64,000 nt of DNA from Candidatus Poribacteria bacterium (GTDB lineage: Bacteria; Poribacteria; WGA-4E; PCPOR2b): NCBI GenBank assembly GCA_965116925.1, contig OZ220744.1, positions 3,616,001 through 3,680,000 of the forward strand, given 5' to 3'. Shown here in pieces: positions 27,501 to 37,566 of the stretch. The notes under the pieces are model-generated. The model was not told the DNA's origin. It did not search any database and saw only the letters and a list, made by a program, of their open reading frames with translations. The position numbers and the translations under genes were made by a program. Position 1 is the stretch's first letter; each line of letters begins with the position of its first letter.

Positions 27501-27572
27501 GTAAATACCAACGTAGATGAGTCCAGAGTCGTTTCAGAAGCAACAATCGGTCAATGGATAAGGAACCGTAAT

Positions 27573-29666
27573 ATGAATTCAACCCAAAAGACACATCGCC
27601 TCGGCATTGATATCGGCGGCACCTTCACCGATATTGTCCTAATAGGGGATGATGGCACGGTGTTGACACAAAAAGTGCCCTCCACGCCAAACAATTACGC
27701 AGAAGGCATAGCTACAGGCTTGACACCGCTGCTGCCACGTCAAATCAATGAAGTCGTGCACGGCACAACGGTGGCGACTAACACGATTTTGGAACGTAAA
27801 GGTGCTTTGACCGGTCTTATCACAACAAAGGGCTTCCGGGACGTGCTTGAAATTGGACGCCTACGCTACCCTCGTCTGTACGATTTGACGTGGGAGAAGC
27901 CGATCCCGTTAGCGTCAAGGCGTTTACGGCGTGAGGTTGCGGAACGCATCGGTGCGAACGGTGAAATCGTGCGTCCGTTGGATATGGAAGGGGCACGGGA
28001 GGTGATTCGATGGATGCTGGCACAAAACATTGAATCCCTCGCGGTCTGCCTCATCAACGCCTACATCAATCCTGATCACGAGCGGCAGTTGGGTGAGCTC
28101 ATCCACGAGTTGGCACCAGACCTACCCGTTTCTCTGTCTTGCGATGTCCTGCCCGAAATCAAAGAGTATGAGCGAACTAGTACGACTGTCATCAACGCTT
28201 ACCTGCAACCTGTCGTCAGCCGTTATCTGGGCTCACTATCCGACCGACTGAACCAACAGCTCACTCACACAGATGACGCGCTCCCGCTCTATGTCATGCA
28301 ATCCAACGGCGGGGTCATGTCCGCTGAATCCGCCGCCGAGATACCTATTCACATCATCGAATCAGGACCGGCGGCGGGGGTCATCGCCTCCCTTACCCTT
28401 GCAGAGCGTGTCGGTTTAACGAATGTCTTGACGCTCGACATGGGTGGCACTACGGCGAAGGCATCGTTAATCGAAGATGGACAGATCATGCACTCTCCGG
28501 AATACCAAGTCGGTGGAGGTGTCTCGGTCGGCACCCGTTTGAGCAAAGGAGGAGGCTATCCGTTGCGTGTGCCCGCCATTGACATCGCTGAGGTCGGTGC
28601 CGGCGGTGGAAGTATCGTGTATCTGGACATGGGTGGGGCACTACGGGTCGGTCCACAAAGCGCGGGTGCGGTCCCCGGTCCCGCATGTTATGCGTTGGGC
28701 GGAGAAGAACCGACGCTCACCGATGCCAATGTGGTGCTCGGCTACCTCAATCCAGAGCATCTCGCAGGCGGTGCGCTGCCACTGAACGCGGAGAAAGCAC
28801 ATCAAACTCTGCACGACAAAATTGCTGCTCCACTCAATTTGAGCGCGTCCGATGCCGCTCATGGCGTCTATCGTATCGCCGCAGCGAATATGGCGCGGGC
28901 AGCACGAGCCGTGTCATTAGAGCGCGGACGCGACCCCCGCGAGTTTGTGCTATGTGCTTTCGGCGGCAACGGTCCCCTACATGCAACAGAATTGGCAGAA
29001 TCGCTCGGCATGAAGCGAATCCTCATTCCTCCCTCTCCCGGGCTCTTCAGTGCGTTCGGGTTACTCTACGCGGACATCGCCTATCATCTCGTTCAAACCT
29101 ACAAGCAGTTAGTTACTGAGTTGGACATAGATGATTTCAAAGAGACATTGGGACGACTGGAAGTCTCGGCGCGGGAAGGATTGATGGCAGAAGGAGAAAA
29201 CGCGGCGCAAGTCGTCTTGCAGCGTGCGGTAGACCTGCGCTATGCCGGACAATCCTCCGAACTGACGCTGCCCATAGTTGAGGCAAATATCGGACAGCCG
29301 CAGTTTTTCCACACATTGGGCGAGCGGTTTGCTGCCGACCACGAGCGTACCTACGGACACCGCGCCCCCGATGACCCGATAGAGGTTGTCAACCTGCGCT
29401 TGACCGCGATTATCCCAACTGCCAAATCTCAGTTTTCACATCTCCAACCCCCAAGCTCTCAAACCTTACCACCAAACCGCCGCTGTTACTTCGGTAGGGA
29501 GACCGGTTGGCTTGAGGTGCCGGTGTTATCTCGTGAGGGGTTAGGCAGCAAATCTGAAGATGGACCGTTCATTGTCGAAGAGTATGACACGACAATTCTG
29601 GTCCCGCCACGTTGCACCGCACTGCGGGATGAGTGGGGAAATGTAGTCATTGATATGGCAGTGTGA
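27573..29666 (+). CDS. Hydantoinase/oxoprolinase family subunit A
   Basis: GIDIGGTFTD, HGTTVATN, ESGPAAG, DMGGTT, GAGGGS and FGGNGPLH motifs. Confidence 0.93.
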   Translation: MNSTQKTHRLGIDIGGTFTDIVLIGDDGTVLTQKVPSTPNNYAEGIATGLTPLLPRQINEVVHGTTVATNTILERKGALTGLITTKGFRDVLEIGRLRYPRLYDLTWEKPIPLASRRLRREVAERIGANGEIVRPLDMEGAREVIRWMLAQNIESLAVCLINAYINPDHERQLGELIHELAPDLPVSLSCDVLPEIKEYERTSTTVINAYLQPVVSRYLGSLSDRLNQQLTHTDDALPLYVMQSNGGVMSAESAAEIPIHIIESGPAAGVIASLTLAERVGLTNVLTLDMGGTTAKASLIEDGQIMHSPEYQVGGGVSVGTRLSKGGGYPLRVPAIDIAEVGAGGGSIVYLDMGGALRVGPQSAGAVPGPACYALGGEEPTLTDANVVLGYLNPEHLAGGALPLNAEKAHQTLHDKIAAPLNLSASDAAHGVYRIAAANMARAARAVSLERGRDPREFVLCAFGGNGPLHATELAESLGMKRILIPPSPGLFSAFGLLYADIAYHLVQTYKQLVTELDIDDFKETLGRLEVSAREGLMAEGENAAQVVLQRAVDLRYAGQSSELTLPIVEANIGQPQFFHTLGERFAADHERTYGHRAPDDPIEVVNLRLTAIIPTAKSQFSHLQPPSSQTLPPNRRCYFGRETGWLEVPVLSREGLGSKSEDGPFIVEEYDTTILVPPRCTALRDEWGNVVIDMAV

Positions 29667-29732
29667 AAACGAGTATGTCGCTTTCTCCGCTTCACGTTGG
29701 ATTCATCACCACAAAGAAGATAAGGGCACAAA

Positions 29733-30635
29733 ATGAGCCACCTAACCGTCGAAAAACTGAACACAGAGAATCGAGACGCAGCATTGTCCTTGATAAATGA
29801 GGCTTACGACAATGTACACGGATTTGATCCGCTTGCCCCGACTGATTTGGACGTGCTGGAACAATCGGGTTTTTTCGCGCTCGGTTTTATGGACGACAAG
29901 TTAATCAGTTTTGCATACGGTGCTATGGTAGAGGAGGGGTTAGGAGAAATCCGTTGGGCGGGTGTGCCCGACAACTTCCGGGGCGAATGCCACAGCCTTC
30001 CCCCAATGCAGGAGTGTATCAGCTATCTCAGAGGCAGAGGTGCAAAGCAGATTGGCGTGTCGAATTGGCTGGATGCCCCTTATCGTCAGATGTTGAGCCA
30101 TTTTGAGCGAGCGGAAATTGAGGTTAAACATGACCAACTTATCCTGCGCCTTGACATGCGGAACTACACGCCGCAGCCGTCCCCGATCAAAGCTGGGTAT
30201 AACCTGCGAACATTTCGAGAAAACGATGAACAAACATGGGCGGATGTCAAGAATGCGGTGTTTGGCAGTTCATCGACACCAGAGGAGTTCTGGACCCAAA
30301 CCTTCTCGGGTGTCAACAAGAAGATAGATTTTGCGCCGGAGGGATTCTTCTTTGCCGAAAAGGACGGAGAACCTGTCGGCATCTGCGCGGGCATCGTTCT
30401 GCATGATCGGAAAAAAATCGGCGGAACGCTACCCGGCGTCATTGGGTGGACAGGTGTCCATAAAGATCACAGAGGGGTCGGACTCGGCAGAGCGTTAATG
30501 GTTAGTTCTCTGAATTACCTGCACGACCGGGGCATCGCCATGACGGAGATTGGCACGCAGTTTTATCGTACCGCAGCGGTGAATCTATACGAAAATCTCG
30601 GCTTTCATATTTACACCGCTTGGTTTAACATCTGA
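29733..30635 (+). CDS. Tandem GNAT N-acetyltransferase
   Basis: GVHKDHRGVGLGRALM and AVNLYENLGF, plus a degenerate N-terminal GNAT domain. Confidence 0.85.
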   Translation: MSHLTVEKLNTENRDAALSLINEAYDNVHGFDPLAPTDLDVLEQSGFFALGFMDDKLISFAYGAMVEEGLGEIRWAGVPDNFRGECHSLPPMQECISYLRGRGAKQIGVSNWLDAPYRQMLSHFERAEIEVKHDQLILRLDMRNYTPQPSPIKAGYNLRTFRENDEQTWADVKNAVFGSSSTPEEFWTQTFSGVNKKIDFAPEGFFFAEKDGEPVGICAGIVLHDRKKIGGTLPGVIGWTGVHKDHRGVGLGRALMVSSLNYLHDRGIAMTEIGTQFYRTAAVNLYENLGFHIYTAWFNI

Positions 30636-30640
30636 TCCGT

Positions 30641-31405
30641 TCAAACACATCCGGGATACTCCCTACCCCGCAAGAGTGGAAAGTCCCGCTTCTGATCTGG
30701 ATCGCCAACCCATTTGGAATCCGCTCGCATGTAACTGGTCGCAAGTCCTCGACGACGATGCGGTGTCCGATTTTCGCCACTGCCGTGGACGGTCAAACTG
30801 TGGTGAAAACTGCAGCCACCTGCCTTCAGCACCACCGGCACCGCTGTGGATTCATCGATGCCTTGAGCGTGCAGAAAATCCCGCCGCTCATGGGGCCAAA
30901 TCCCTTTCTTGTAACTGCCGGGGAGCAATCGCAAACAACCGTTCTCTTCCGTCACATCGTCCAACGCTGTCCAGCAACTCACAAGTGTCGGCGGATCCAC
31001 AGAAGTCCAGTAAGCCGAATCCTGATGCCAAGAAACAATCGAACCGTGGAAGGCAGGCTTCATCAGGGTCTGGGTATGGAAGAGTTTGATGTCCTCCGTA
31101 CCAAGCAGCTCCGCAACAACGTCTAGGATTTTCGGGTTGCTAGCGTGTTCAAAGACTACTTCATCGTAACGATGGGGATCTAAAAGCTGCCAGACCTTGT
31201 CACGACGCGGCACATTCTCAAGTTCACCTCTCTGGGCGGCAGCTTCCAGCCGTACTCCCGCCTTCTCCGCATTGGGATGCGATCCATCTGCTAGGGCATC
31301 CATCCGCTCACGCAAGGCTTCTAATGTTTCCTCTGACAGGAGGGGTCCATAAATCACAAATCCGTCGCGTTCATAATCCGCTTTCTGTTTCTCCGTTAAA
31401 CTCAT
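30641..31405 (-). CDS. Phytanoyl-CoA dioxygenase (PhyH) family
   Basis: YERDGF, WHQD, WTALDD..EENGCL and HGSGEN motifs. Confidence 0.92.
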   Translation of the reverse strand: MSLTEKQKADYERDGFVIYGPLLSEETLEALRERMDALADGSHPNAEKAGVRLEAAAQRGELENVPRRDKVWQLLDPHRYDEVVFEHASNPKILDVVAELLGTEDIKLFHTQTLMKPAFHGSIVSWHQDSAYWTSVDPPTLVSCWTALDDVTEENGCLRLLPGSYKKGIWPHERRDFLHAQGIDESTAVPVVLKAGGCSFHHSLTVHGSGENRTPHRRRGLATSYMRADSKWVGDPDQKRDFPLLRGREYPGCV

Positions 31406-31424
31406 CTGAGTCTCCTTGTGTGTT

Positions 31425-31526
31425 TATAGTAGATTTTAGAATTAATGGGACACGCCAAACCGGTGCGGTTACAAACCGCACCTACCGGGGGGCGCAAGTG
31501 TTTGTTTATTTTTAGAATTCACTGTA
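31425..31526. mobile_element. MITE family C, intact ~100-bp copy with REP hairpin
   Basis: TATAGTAGATTTTAGAATTAA ... TTTAGAATTCACTGTA; internal CGGTGCGGTT..AACCGCACCTAC. Confidence 0.85.
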
Positions 31527-31556
31527 AATGTCCCTACCTTCTTGCCATCTTAAATC

Positions 31557-32702
31557 TCACCCAACACGATGCCGCTCAAGGAGAGCCATGTTCGGCTCAA
31601 AGCCGATGCCCGGTCTATCCGGCACCGTCACGTATCCATCCTTTTCCAATGACATTTGCGGGTGAAACATTTCACCCCTTAACGGATCGACAGCAGGTGG
31701 GTAGTATTCAAGCATTAAGCCGTTTTGACGCGCTGCTGCAATATGCACCTGAAGTTCCTGCGCCCCGTGGGGGGCAATTAACTTTTGATGGGCTGCGGAT
31801 TCTTCCACCACCGCTAAAGCCGGTTCGTAGCCGGCTAGAATCGCGACATCAATATTGAAAACATCTGCCCCCTGATAATCGATTAACGTTTGAAAGTAAT
31901 GAACACCGTAGCCGTTTTCACCTGTTGCGATCAAGACATCGTAATCTTTAGCGACTGCAGCCAATTCCTTATGTCCCCGGTAATCGTGGCTGGAGATCGG
32001 CTCTTCAAACCAGAAAATATCGTTTGCTTTCAGTACAGGGAGAAATGCCATCGCTCGCTCAACAGTCAGCGCACAGTTGGCGTCTACCATCAGGGTAATA
32101 TTCGGTCCAATCTGCTGCCGCGCCGCTTCTATCCGTTTGATGTCAGTGTCAAATCCCGCGTCTTTGTCCCCGATCTTCATCTTGACGGCAGTCGCAAAAA
32201 ACTCATTGACGTTGCGATCCATCTCTTCCTTCAGCTCATCAAGCCCTTTATCTCTACCGTAGTATCCACCGGCGATATAGGCGCGAATCCGTCGCTGCTG
32301 ACCATTGAGTAACTGGTGAACTGACTTCCCTGTAACCTTCCCCTTGATATCCCAACATGCTTGATTAATTGCAGCGAGTACCTGTGTGTGATAGCCACCC
32401 GGACCGTATATCTTAATATTATCCGCCAGTTGAGACACATACGCGGTATCTATGGGGGACTTTCCTATCAACTGTGGTCTAAACTCGTCGACATACATTG
32501 GAAATATCTGAAGTGGGCGCGTTGCTGCTGTGCCTCCATTGAAGCCGTAGCCAATGATCTCTTCTCTTCCGCTCTTTGCTCGCACCCGCACCAGATGAAG
32601 TCGGCCTTTGTCATAGACATGCAGACCGTTCCAGATTGGCGGTTTATCCCATTCGTAGAGTTCGCTTTCAATATGTGTAATTTTGATTTCCTGATTTTCC
32701 AT
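31557..32702 (-). CDS. Mandelate racemase/muconate lactonizing enzyme family
   Basis: WDIKGK, KMKIG, MVDAN, WFEEP, ATGEN and PDRPGIG motifs. Confidence 0.92.
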   Translation of the reverse strand: MENQEIKITHIESELYEWDKPPIWNGLHVYDKGRLHLVRVRAKSGREEIIGYGFNGGTAATRPLQIFPMYVDEFRPQLIGKSPIDTAYVSQLADNIKIYGPGGYHTQVLAAINQACWDIKGKVTGKSVHQLLNGQQRRIRAYIAGGYYGRDKGLDELKEEMDRNVNEFFATAVKMKIGDKDAGFDTDIKRIEAARQQIGPNITLMVDANCALTVERAMAFLPVLKANDIFWFEEPISSHDYRGHKELAAVAKDYDVLIATGENGYGVHYFQTLIDYQGADVFNIDVAILAGYEPALAVVEESAAHQKLIAPHGAQELQVHIAAARQNGLMLEYYPPAVDPLRGEMFHPQMSLEKDGYVTVPDRPGIGFEPNMALLERHRVG

Positions 32703-32723
32703 ACTAACTCCTTGGTGGTTCCT

Positions 32724-34355
32724 TTACTTTTCTCCCAAGATAATCTGAATTTCGGCATCGACAAGATTATCGTTGAAATTGATGCCGGCGGTAATTAATC
32801 CGAGCCCTTCTAATGGGGACAGGTTATTCGTTATGTGTCGAATCAATTTTGCGTCAGTCTGCTGTGAAAACATCAAACCCACAAGCGGAAGCAGACGTTT
32901 CAATTCTGGAATCAAAAGGCTTGGCTGAATCCGGATATGGCTGTGTTTTGGGCGATTTAAGGAGTCAGGTGTTTTTGTGTGAGCCAGCGCGACCTCCCCC
33001 CCGGTGAAGGTGTTAATAGCAGACTTCACCCCGCCGAGCGTTGTGCCAATGACCCAGTAATCATCAAGAAGCGCATATCCACCCTTTAGACCAAAGATCA
33101 ATCCGAATTGGAGTTGTATCGGTTGTAATTCAATTCCTTGGTGCCTTATCGGAGCCGGAAATCGGAGTGGTTTACCGTTGATAGAAATCTTATTTCGTTT
33201 AAGTTTTGTTAAAGCGGCTTTTAAGTTCGGTCTGTCCTGAATCGGGCAAATCAGGAGAATCGGAGGCACCAACGCGGGGGCACCCGCCGGAGAAGGGAGC
33301 AGTGCCAACGCAGTTCTATCTTCAAGATGGCGTGATAAATCAATCCCACTTCGTTGATATTTCAAGGACAAGTTCGCCTTTACCTGTTGCCACAATTCTG
33401 TGAGGTTTGCGTCATTGTTTGCAATCAGAAGTGTGGTCGTCGCGGGAAGGATCGAAAACAGTTTTTCGTCTGCCGGTCGTGGGGGTTGTCGGGGTTGTGA
33501 ATCGGTGTTCCTAATCATTCGATGTTGCGAGTAGATAACGCCATCCTCATAGCGGTTGCTGAACGTCCACACATCGGTCCCCTGTAATAATGATTTGAGG
33601 GGTTGGTCAAGCTTAACAACTTCAGTAAGTTTGCCGGGATTGATATAGATGGTGTTACGAGCGGTATCATAATTTTTGCCCAGATAGTCCCCTGTCGCCG
33701 CTAGCTTGGTAAAGCCCTGCTTTTGTTCAGCGTAGATGTCAATGGTATCCTGAATCAAAGATTTATCTGTTGCCAACAGCCCAATCTTGCCAATAAAGGC
33801 ATAACTGAAATCTTCCGGATAGCCTGTGATGGTGTTGATGTCCAGTTTTCTATAATTCTCTTTCAACCGCTTATATTTGGGATTAACAGGAGCGGTCGCA
33901 GTGAGTGTCGCAATTTCCAGTTTCTGCTGCGCTCCGAGGGCACTGACGAGCAGAAATGAAATTTTGCCGTGCCGCTTATAGACGCCCAAGATCGCTTCTT
34001 CACCTAGGTATCCTTGAAGCCGCTTGAGGTCTAATTTGCCCCCCATTTCCAATTCCCACCGCTGCTTCTGATACATGAGCCGCCGCCACCAGAGTTCCCT
34101 TCGGATCTCTGTAAGGATAGGCATCTGCCCAGCCCGCTTCCCAAATTCGCTCCGTTGAAAGGTCTCGACGAAACGCCCAAGGTCCTTCACGCTGACATAG
34201 CAGATCGGGGCATTGGGGAGGAGGGCAAGGAGACGCTGATCCGGCTCCCAGAGAGAGGTCTGACGATAAATCAGCGCAATTAGGACAAGGATAATGATAA
34301 TTGCACTGAAGATAATAAGCTGCGTTTTAGAGGGTTGAAATCTTATTCGTGGCAA
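32724..34355 (-). CDS. Membrane-anchored hypothetical protein (DUF3352-like)
   Basis: N-terminal TM, LLALLP motif, duplicated alpha/beta region. Confidence 0.55.
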   Translation of the reverse strand: MPRIRFQPSKTQLIIFSAIIIILVLIALIYRQTSLWEPDQRLLALLPNAPICYVSVKDLGRFVETFQRSEFGKRAGQMPILTEIRRELWWRRLMYQKQRWELEMGGKLDLKRLQGYLGEEAILGVYKRHGKISFLLVSALGAQQKLEIATLTATAPVNPKYKRLKENYRKLDINTITGYPEDFSYAFIGKIGLLATDKSLIQDTIDIYAEQKQGFTKLAATGDYLGKNYDTARNTIYINPGKLTEVVKLDQPLKSLLQGTDVWTFSNRYEDGVIYSQHRMIRNTDSQPRQPPRPADEKLFSILPATTTLLIANNDANLTELWQQVKANLSLKYQRSGIDLSRHLEDRTALALLPSPAGAPALVPPILLICPIQDRPNLKAALTKLKRNKISINGKPLRFPAPIRHQGIELQPIQLQFGLIFGLKGGYALLDDYWVIGTTLGGVKSAINTFTGGEVALAHTKTPDSLNRPKHSHIRIQPSLLIPELKRLLPLVGLMFSQQTDAKLIRHITNNLSPLEGLGLITAGINFNDNLVDAEIQIILGEK

Positions 34356-34530
34356 AAGGAATTAGACGCGCCCAGAAAATCGGATGGCAATATCCGGTTG
34401 AATTAATGTTAAAAACCGTATACAATAAACACGCGGTTTAATATACCATTACCCACAGGCAACGTCAAGCCCGAAAGCGTAGTAGAGAATGACCCAGCAA
34501 CGAAGGTCCTCAACGGATTTAGGAGGTCTT

Positions 34531-35697
34531 ATGAAAACCTATCGTGTCGCAATTTTAGGCTGTCGCGGGCGGGGTACCGCCGCAAGTCGCGCCTATCATG
34601 CCCATCCGCGTACCGAAGTGGTCGCATTGTGCGATCTGGTTCAGGAACGACTGGATACCCTCGGCGACGAGTTGGATGTCGCCGCCCGGTTTACTGACCT
34701 GGACGAGATGATTGTCCAGACCCAACCCGACCTTGTCGCTATCCCGACGGGAACAGAGTTCCATTACCCACTCTGTATGCGGGTGTTGGAACACGGCATC
34801 CATATTGAAGTTGAAAAGCCGATGTGCGTTGACCTTGAAGGCACCACTGCGGTGATGGCGAAGGCAAAGGAGAAGGGGGTTCGGGTGGCGGTGCATCACC
34901 AAGGGCGCGTTGGTGCCCTCATGCGGGCGATGTACAAAGCGTTCACGGCAGGAGCGATTGGCGAACTGCGTTACATCAATAGTCGTGGAAAAGCCTACTA
35001 CGGTGGTTTGGGATTGATGAACATCGGTACGCATCAACTGAACAATATGCTGAAGTTTGCAGGACATTGTCACAGTGTCTCCGCCGTTGCGCTGACCGAT
35101 GGTCACCCCATCACACCCGAAGATGTTGTCCCGTCTCCGCTCGGTATGGGAACGATTGCGGGCGAATCGATCACCGCGACGCTGCACTTCGACAACGGTG
35201 TCACCGCGAATCTGCTGCAGCACCGTTTTCCGGGCGGCACGAATCCGGTGATGGAAATCGTCGGCACCGAAGGCAAACTATTCGGTTCGGCGTGTCTGCT
35301 CATCAAAGGCGGCGCGTGGCGTCTGTCGCAACCTGTCTACATTCCGGAGGGGAAGCCTGACCAATGGGAACCGTTGGAGCCTGTCTACCCGGAACACTTT
35401 GACCGCTCAAGTCCAGCCAAGTTAGATGATTACTGGTTCGTTGAAGAGTACGTTTCCGCCTTAGACCAAGACCGAGACCACGAGTGCAGCGGTGCAGAGG
35501 GGCATCACATCGTGAGCATTATGATGGGAATTTTTGAATCGGCGGCGTATGGGAAACGGGTTGACCTACCCCAAAAATGTCTTGAGCATCCGCTGCTCCG
35601 ATGGCGACGCGAACAGGATTTAGCACCACCTGAACCGATGCCCCGTGACTATACCGAGTGGCTGGCGGCAGAAGATCAGCGACTTGGACGGGGATAG
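34531..35697 (+). CDS. Gfo/Idh/MocA family oxidoreductase
   Basis: RVAILGCRGRG, EVEKPM and NIGTH motifs; AGGAGG RBS. Confidence 0.9.
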   Translation: MKTYRVAILGCRGRGTAASRAYHAHPRTEVVALCDLVQERLDTLGDELDVAARFTDLDEMIVQTQPDLVAIPTGTEFHYPLCMRVLEHGIHIEVEKPMCVDLEGTTAVMAKAKEKGVRVAVHHQGRVGALMRAMYKAFTAGAIGELRYINSRGKAYYGGLGLMNIGTHQLNNMLKFAGHCHSVSAVALTDGHPITPEDVVPSPLGMGTIAGESITATLHFDNGVTANLLQHRFPGGTNPVMEIVGTEGKLFGSACLLIKGGAWRLSQPVYIPEGKPDQWEPLEPVYPEHFDRSSPAKLDDYWFVEEYVSALDQDRDHECSGAEGHHIVSIMMGIFESAAYGKRVDLPQKCLEHPLLRWRREQDLAPPEPMPRDYTEWLAAEDQRLGRG

Positions 35698-35717
35698 ATA
35701 ATTTCTGCCCTTTGTCT

Positions 35718-36199
35718 TAGGGCGTGTTGACATTTTGAAGCTGCTGATTCGGCAAACGCTGTAATCAGCAGGCAATCTGCCAAATGTAGCGCGAACTGTT
35801 AGTTTGCAGACTGGGATCACAATCTAACAGATTGTGGTACAAAAGCGCACTTTTACGAAACAGTTTTTGCACAGGAAGCGTCCCGATGAAAAACGGAGTT
35901 GGGTTTCACGCTATCTGGCTATGAGCAGGTGTTGTTGGACGACGGAGCCTCTATTGGACTTGATAGGGATTGACGGTGAACCGTTCAACCCAACCTACGG
36001 ACTGGTAGTGGTACAAAAGCGCACTTTTACGAAACAGTTTTTTGCACAGGAAGCGTCCCGATGAAAAACGGAGTTGGGTTTCACGCTATCTGTCTATGAG
36101 CAGGTGTTGTTAGACGACGGAGCCTCTATTGGACTTGATAGGGATTGACGGTGAACCGTTCAACCCAACCTACGGACTGGTAAATGTCAACAGAACCTA
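35718..36199. mobile_element. MITE family G (TIR TAGGGCGTGTTGACATTT / AAATGTCAACAGAACCTA) containing a REPIN and a 174-bp tandem duplication
   Basis: Imperfect 18-bp TIRs with TA at both ends; the left part matches 7500-7628. Confidence 0.8.
35834..36182 (+). repeat. Two near-identical tandem units (174 and 175 bp)
   Basis: 35834-36007 and 36008-36182 differ by two substitutions and one T. Confidence 0.92.
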
Positions 36200-36228
36200 A
36201 TAAATTTCTCCACAACGAGGGAAAATTG

Positions 36229-37389
36229 ATGAAAATAGAACAGATCGAGATATATCCGCTTGAAGCAAAATTATCGAAACCGTTCGGCTGGTCTCAGCGA
36301 TGGACAGATGCACGGATGCAAGCCGTGGTAAAGATTACCGCTGATGACGGGACGTACGGTTGGGGCGAAAGTGGTGACGCACGGACAATGGAGTTTCTCG
36401 CTCCACTGCTTATCGGCAAAAATCCTCAACGCACAGAGACAATGTGGCAGATGTTATATGAGCTTGGATATCAAGGTCACGGTTTTGCCGGATCGCAGAC
36501 GCTTGCTATCAGCGCATTTGACATGGCGCTGTGGGATATTGCTGGAAAAGCCGCCGGGTTGCCGGTATGTGAGTTGCTAGGTGGTCGTGTGCGTGACCGC
36601 ATACCTGTGTACGCCACCGGACTCTACTACACAGAGGACGATTTTCCAGATGCCTTGACCGAGGAAGCACTTGGATACGCTCAAGCTGGCTTCACGGGCA
36701 TGAAAATGAAGATCGGTGGCAAGCCGGTTGATGAGGATATTGAGCGGGTGTATCATCTGCGTGAGGCGCTTGGTCCGCAAACCCATCTCATGGTGGACGC
36801 AAACGAGGCTTACAGTCCGACAACGGCTGTCATGGTGGCGCAAAGACTTGCCGACGCAGACCTGATGTGGTTTGAAGAACCGTGTGGATCTTACAATGAT
36901 GGGGGCAATCTGCTCGTTCAACAGTTGGGTTTGATGCCAATCGCCGGTGGCGAAAGCCTGAAGTCGCGGTATGAGTTTGCCGAACGCCTCGCTAGCCGTA
37001 TGTTCGACATTATCCAGCCGGATATCGCCATCGCGGGTGGAGTGTCAGAGATGTTCAAGCTCGGTCACATGGCAAACGCCTTCGGTGTCCACTTCAATCC
37101 ACACTTTTGGGGCACTGGTATCAGCCTGTCAGCAACGCTGCATGTGTTGGCTTGTCAGCCGTCAAACCCGCCCTCCGACTGTCCCGAACCTTACATCAAT
37201 CAATCCGTTATGGAGTTTGATCGGACGCCCCACCCGATTCGAGAGAACCTCACAGATCCGATTTTTGATCAGGTAGATAGCCATATCCCAGTCCCGACAA
37301 CTCCGGGGCTAGGGATCGAGGTGATTGAAGAAGAAGCGCGTCGGTTCTTGGGTTGGGGACTGACTGCTCCCATTCGGGTTGGTGCATGA
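36229..37389 (+). CDS. Mandelate racemase/muconate lactonizing enzyme family
   Basis: GWGE, DMALWDIAGK, KMKIG, MVDAN, WFEEP, AGGE and PGLG motifs. Confidence 0.92.
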   Translation: MKIEQIEIYPLEAKLSKPFGWSQRWTDARMQAVVKITADDGTYGWGESGDARTMEFLAPLLIGKNPQRTETMWQMLYELGYQGHGFAGSQTLAISAFDMALWDIAGKAAGLPVCELLGGRVRDRIPVYATGLYYTEDDFPDALTEEALGYAQAGFTGMKMKIGGKPVDEDIERVYHLREALGPQTHLMVDANEAYSPTTAVMVAQRLADADLMWFEEPCGSYNDGGNLLVQQLGLMPIAGGESLKSRYEFAERLASRMFDIIQPDIAIAGGVSEMFKLGHMANAFGVHFNPHFWGTGISLSATLHVLACQPSNPPSDCPEPYINQSVMEFDRTPHPIRENLTDPIFDQVDSHIPVPTTPGLGIEVIEEEARRFLGWGLTAPIRVGA

Positions 37390-37394
37390 TTCAC

Positions 37395-37456
37395 TAGAGC
37401 GTGTTGACATTTATGCGGGACGTGTCCGTAATCGTAGGGGCGAGGTTCCCTCGCCC
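37395..37456. repeat. Family G terminus fragment plus GTAG REP hairpin
   Basis: TAGAGCGTGTTGACATTT; GTAGGGGCGAGGTTCCCTCGCCC is identical to 50918-50940. Confidence 0.7.
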
Positions 37457-37566
37457 ATTGACCAGCACGGGTGGAATATGCCCAATCATGCAGGTTGAAC
37501 AGATTGTAGGTCGAGATTCATATCTTCTCGACAAAATACTACATCTTATTTGTTGAGGAGGCAAGG

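Noticed and set aside
31445..31858. 137-aa plus-strand ORF
   Set aside because: Starts inside a family C MITE and is antisense to a well-supported enolase-superfamily gene.
35834..36064. 76-aa ORF in the ORF track
   Set aside because: Lies entirely within the tandemly duplicated repeat element and repeats its own peptide; a shadow ORF.
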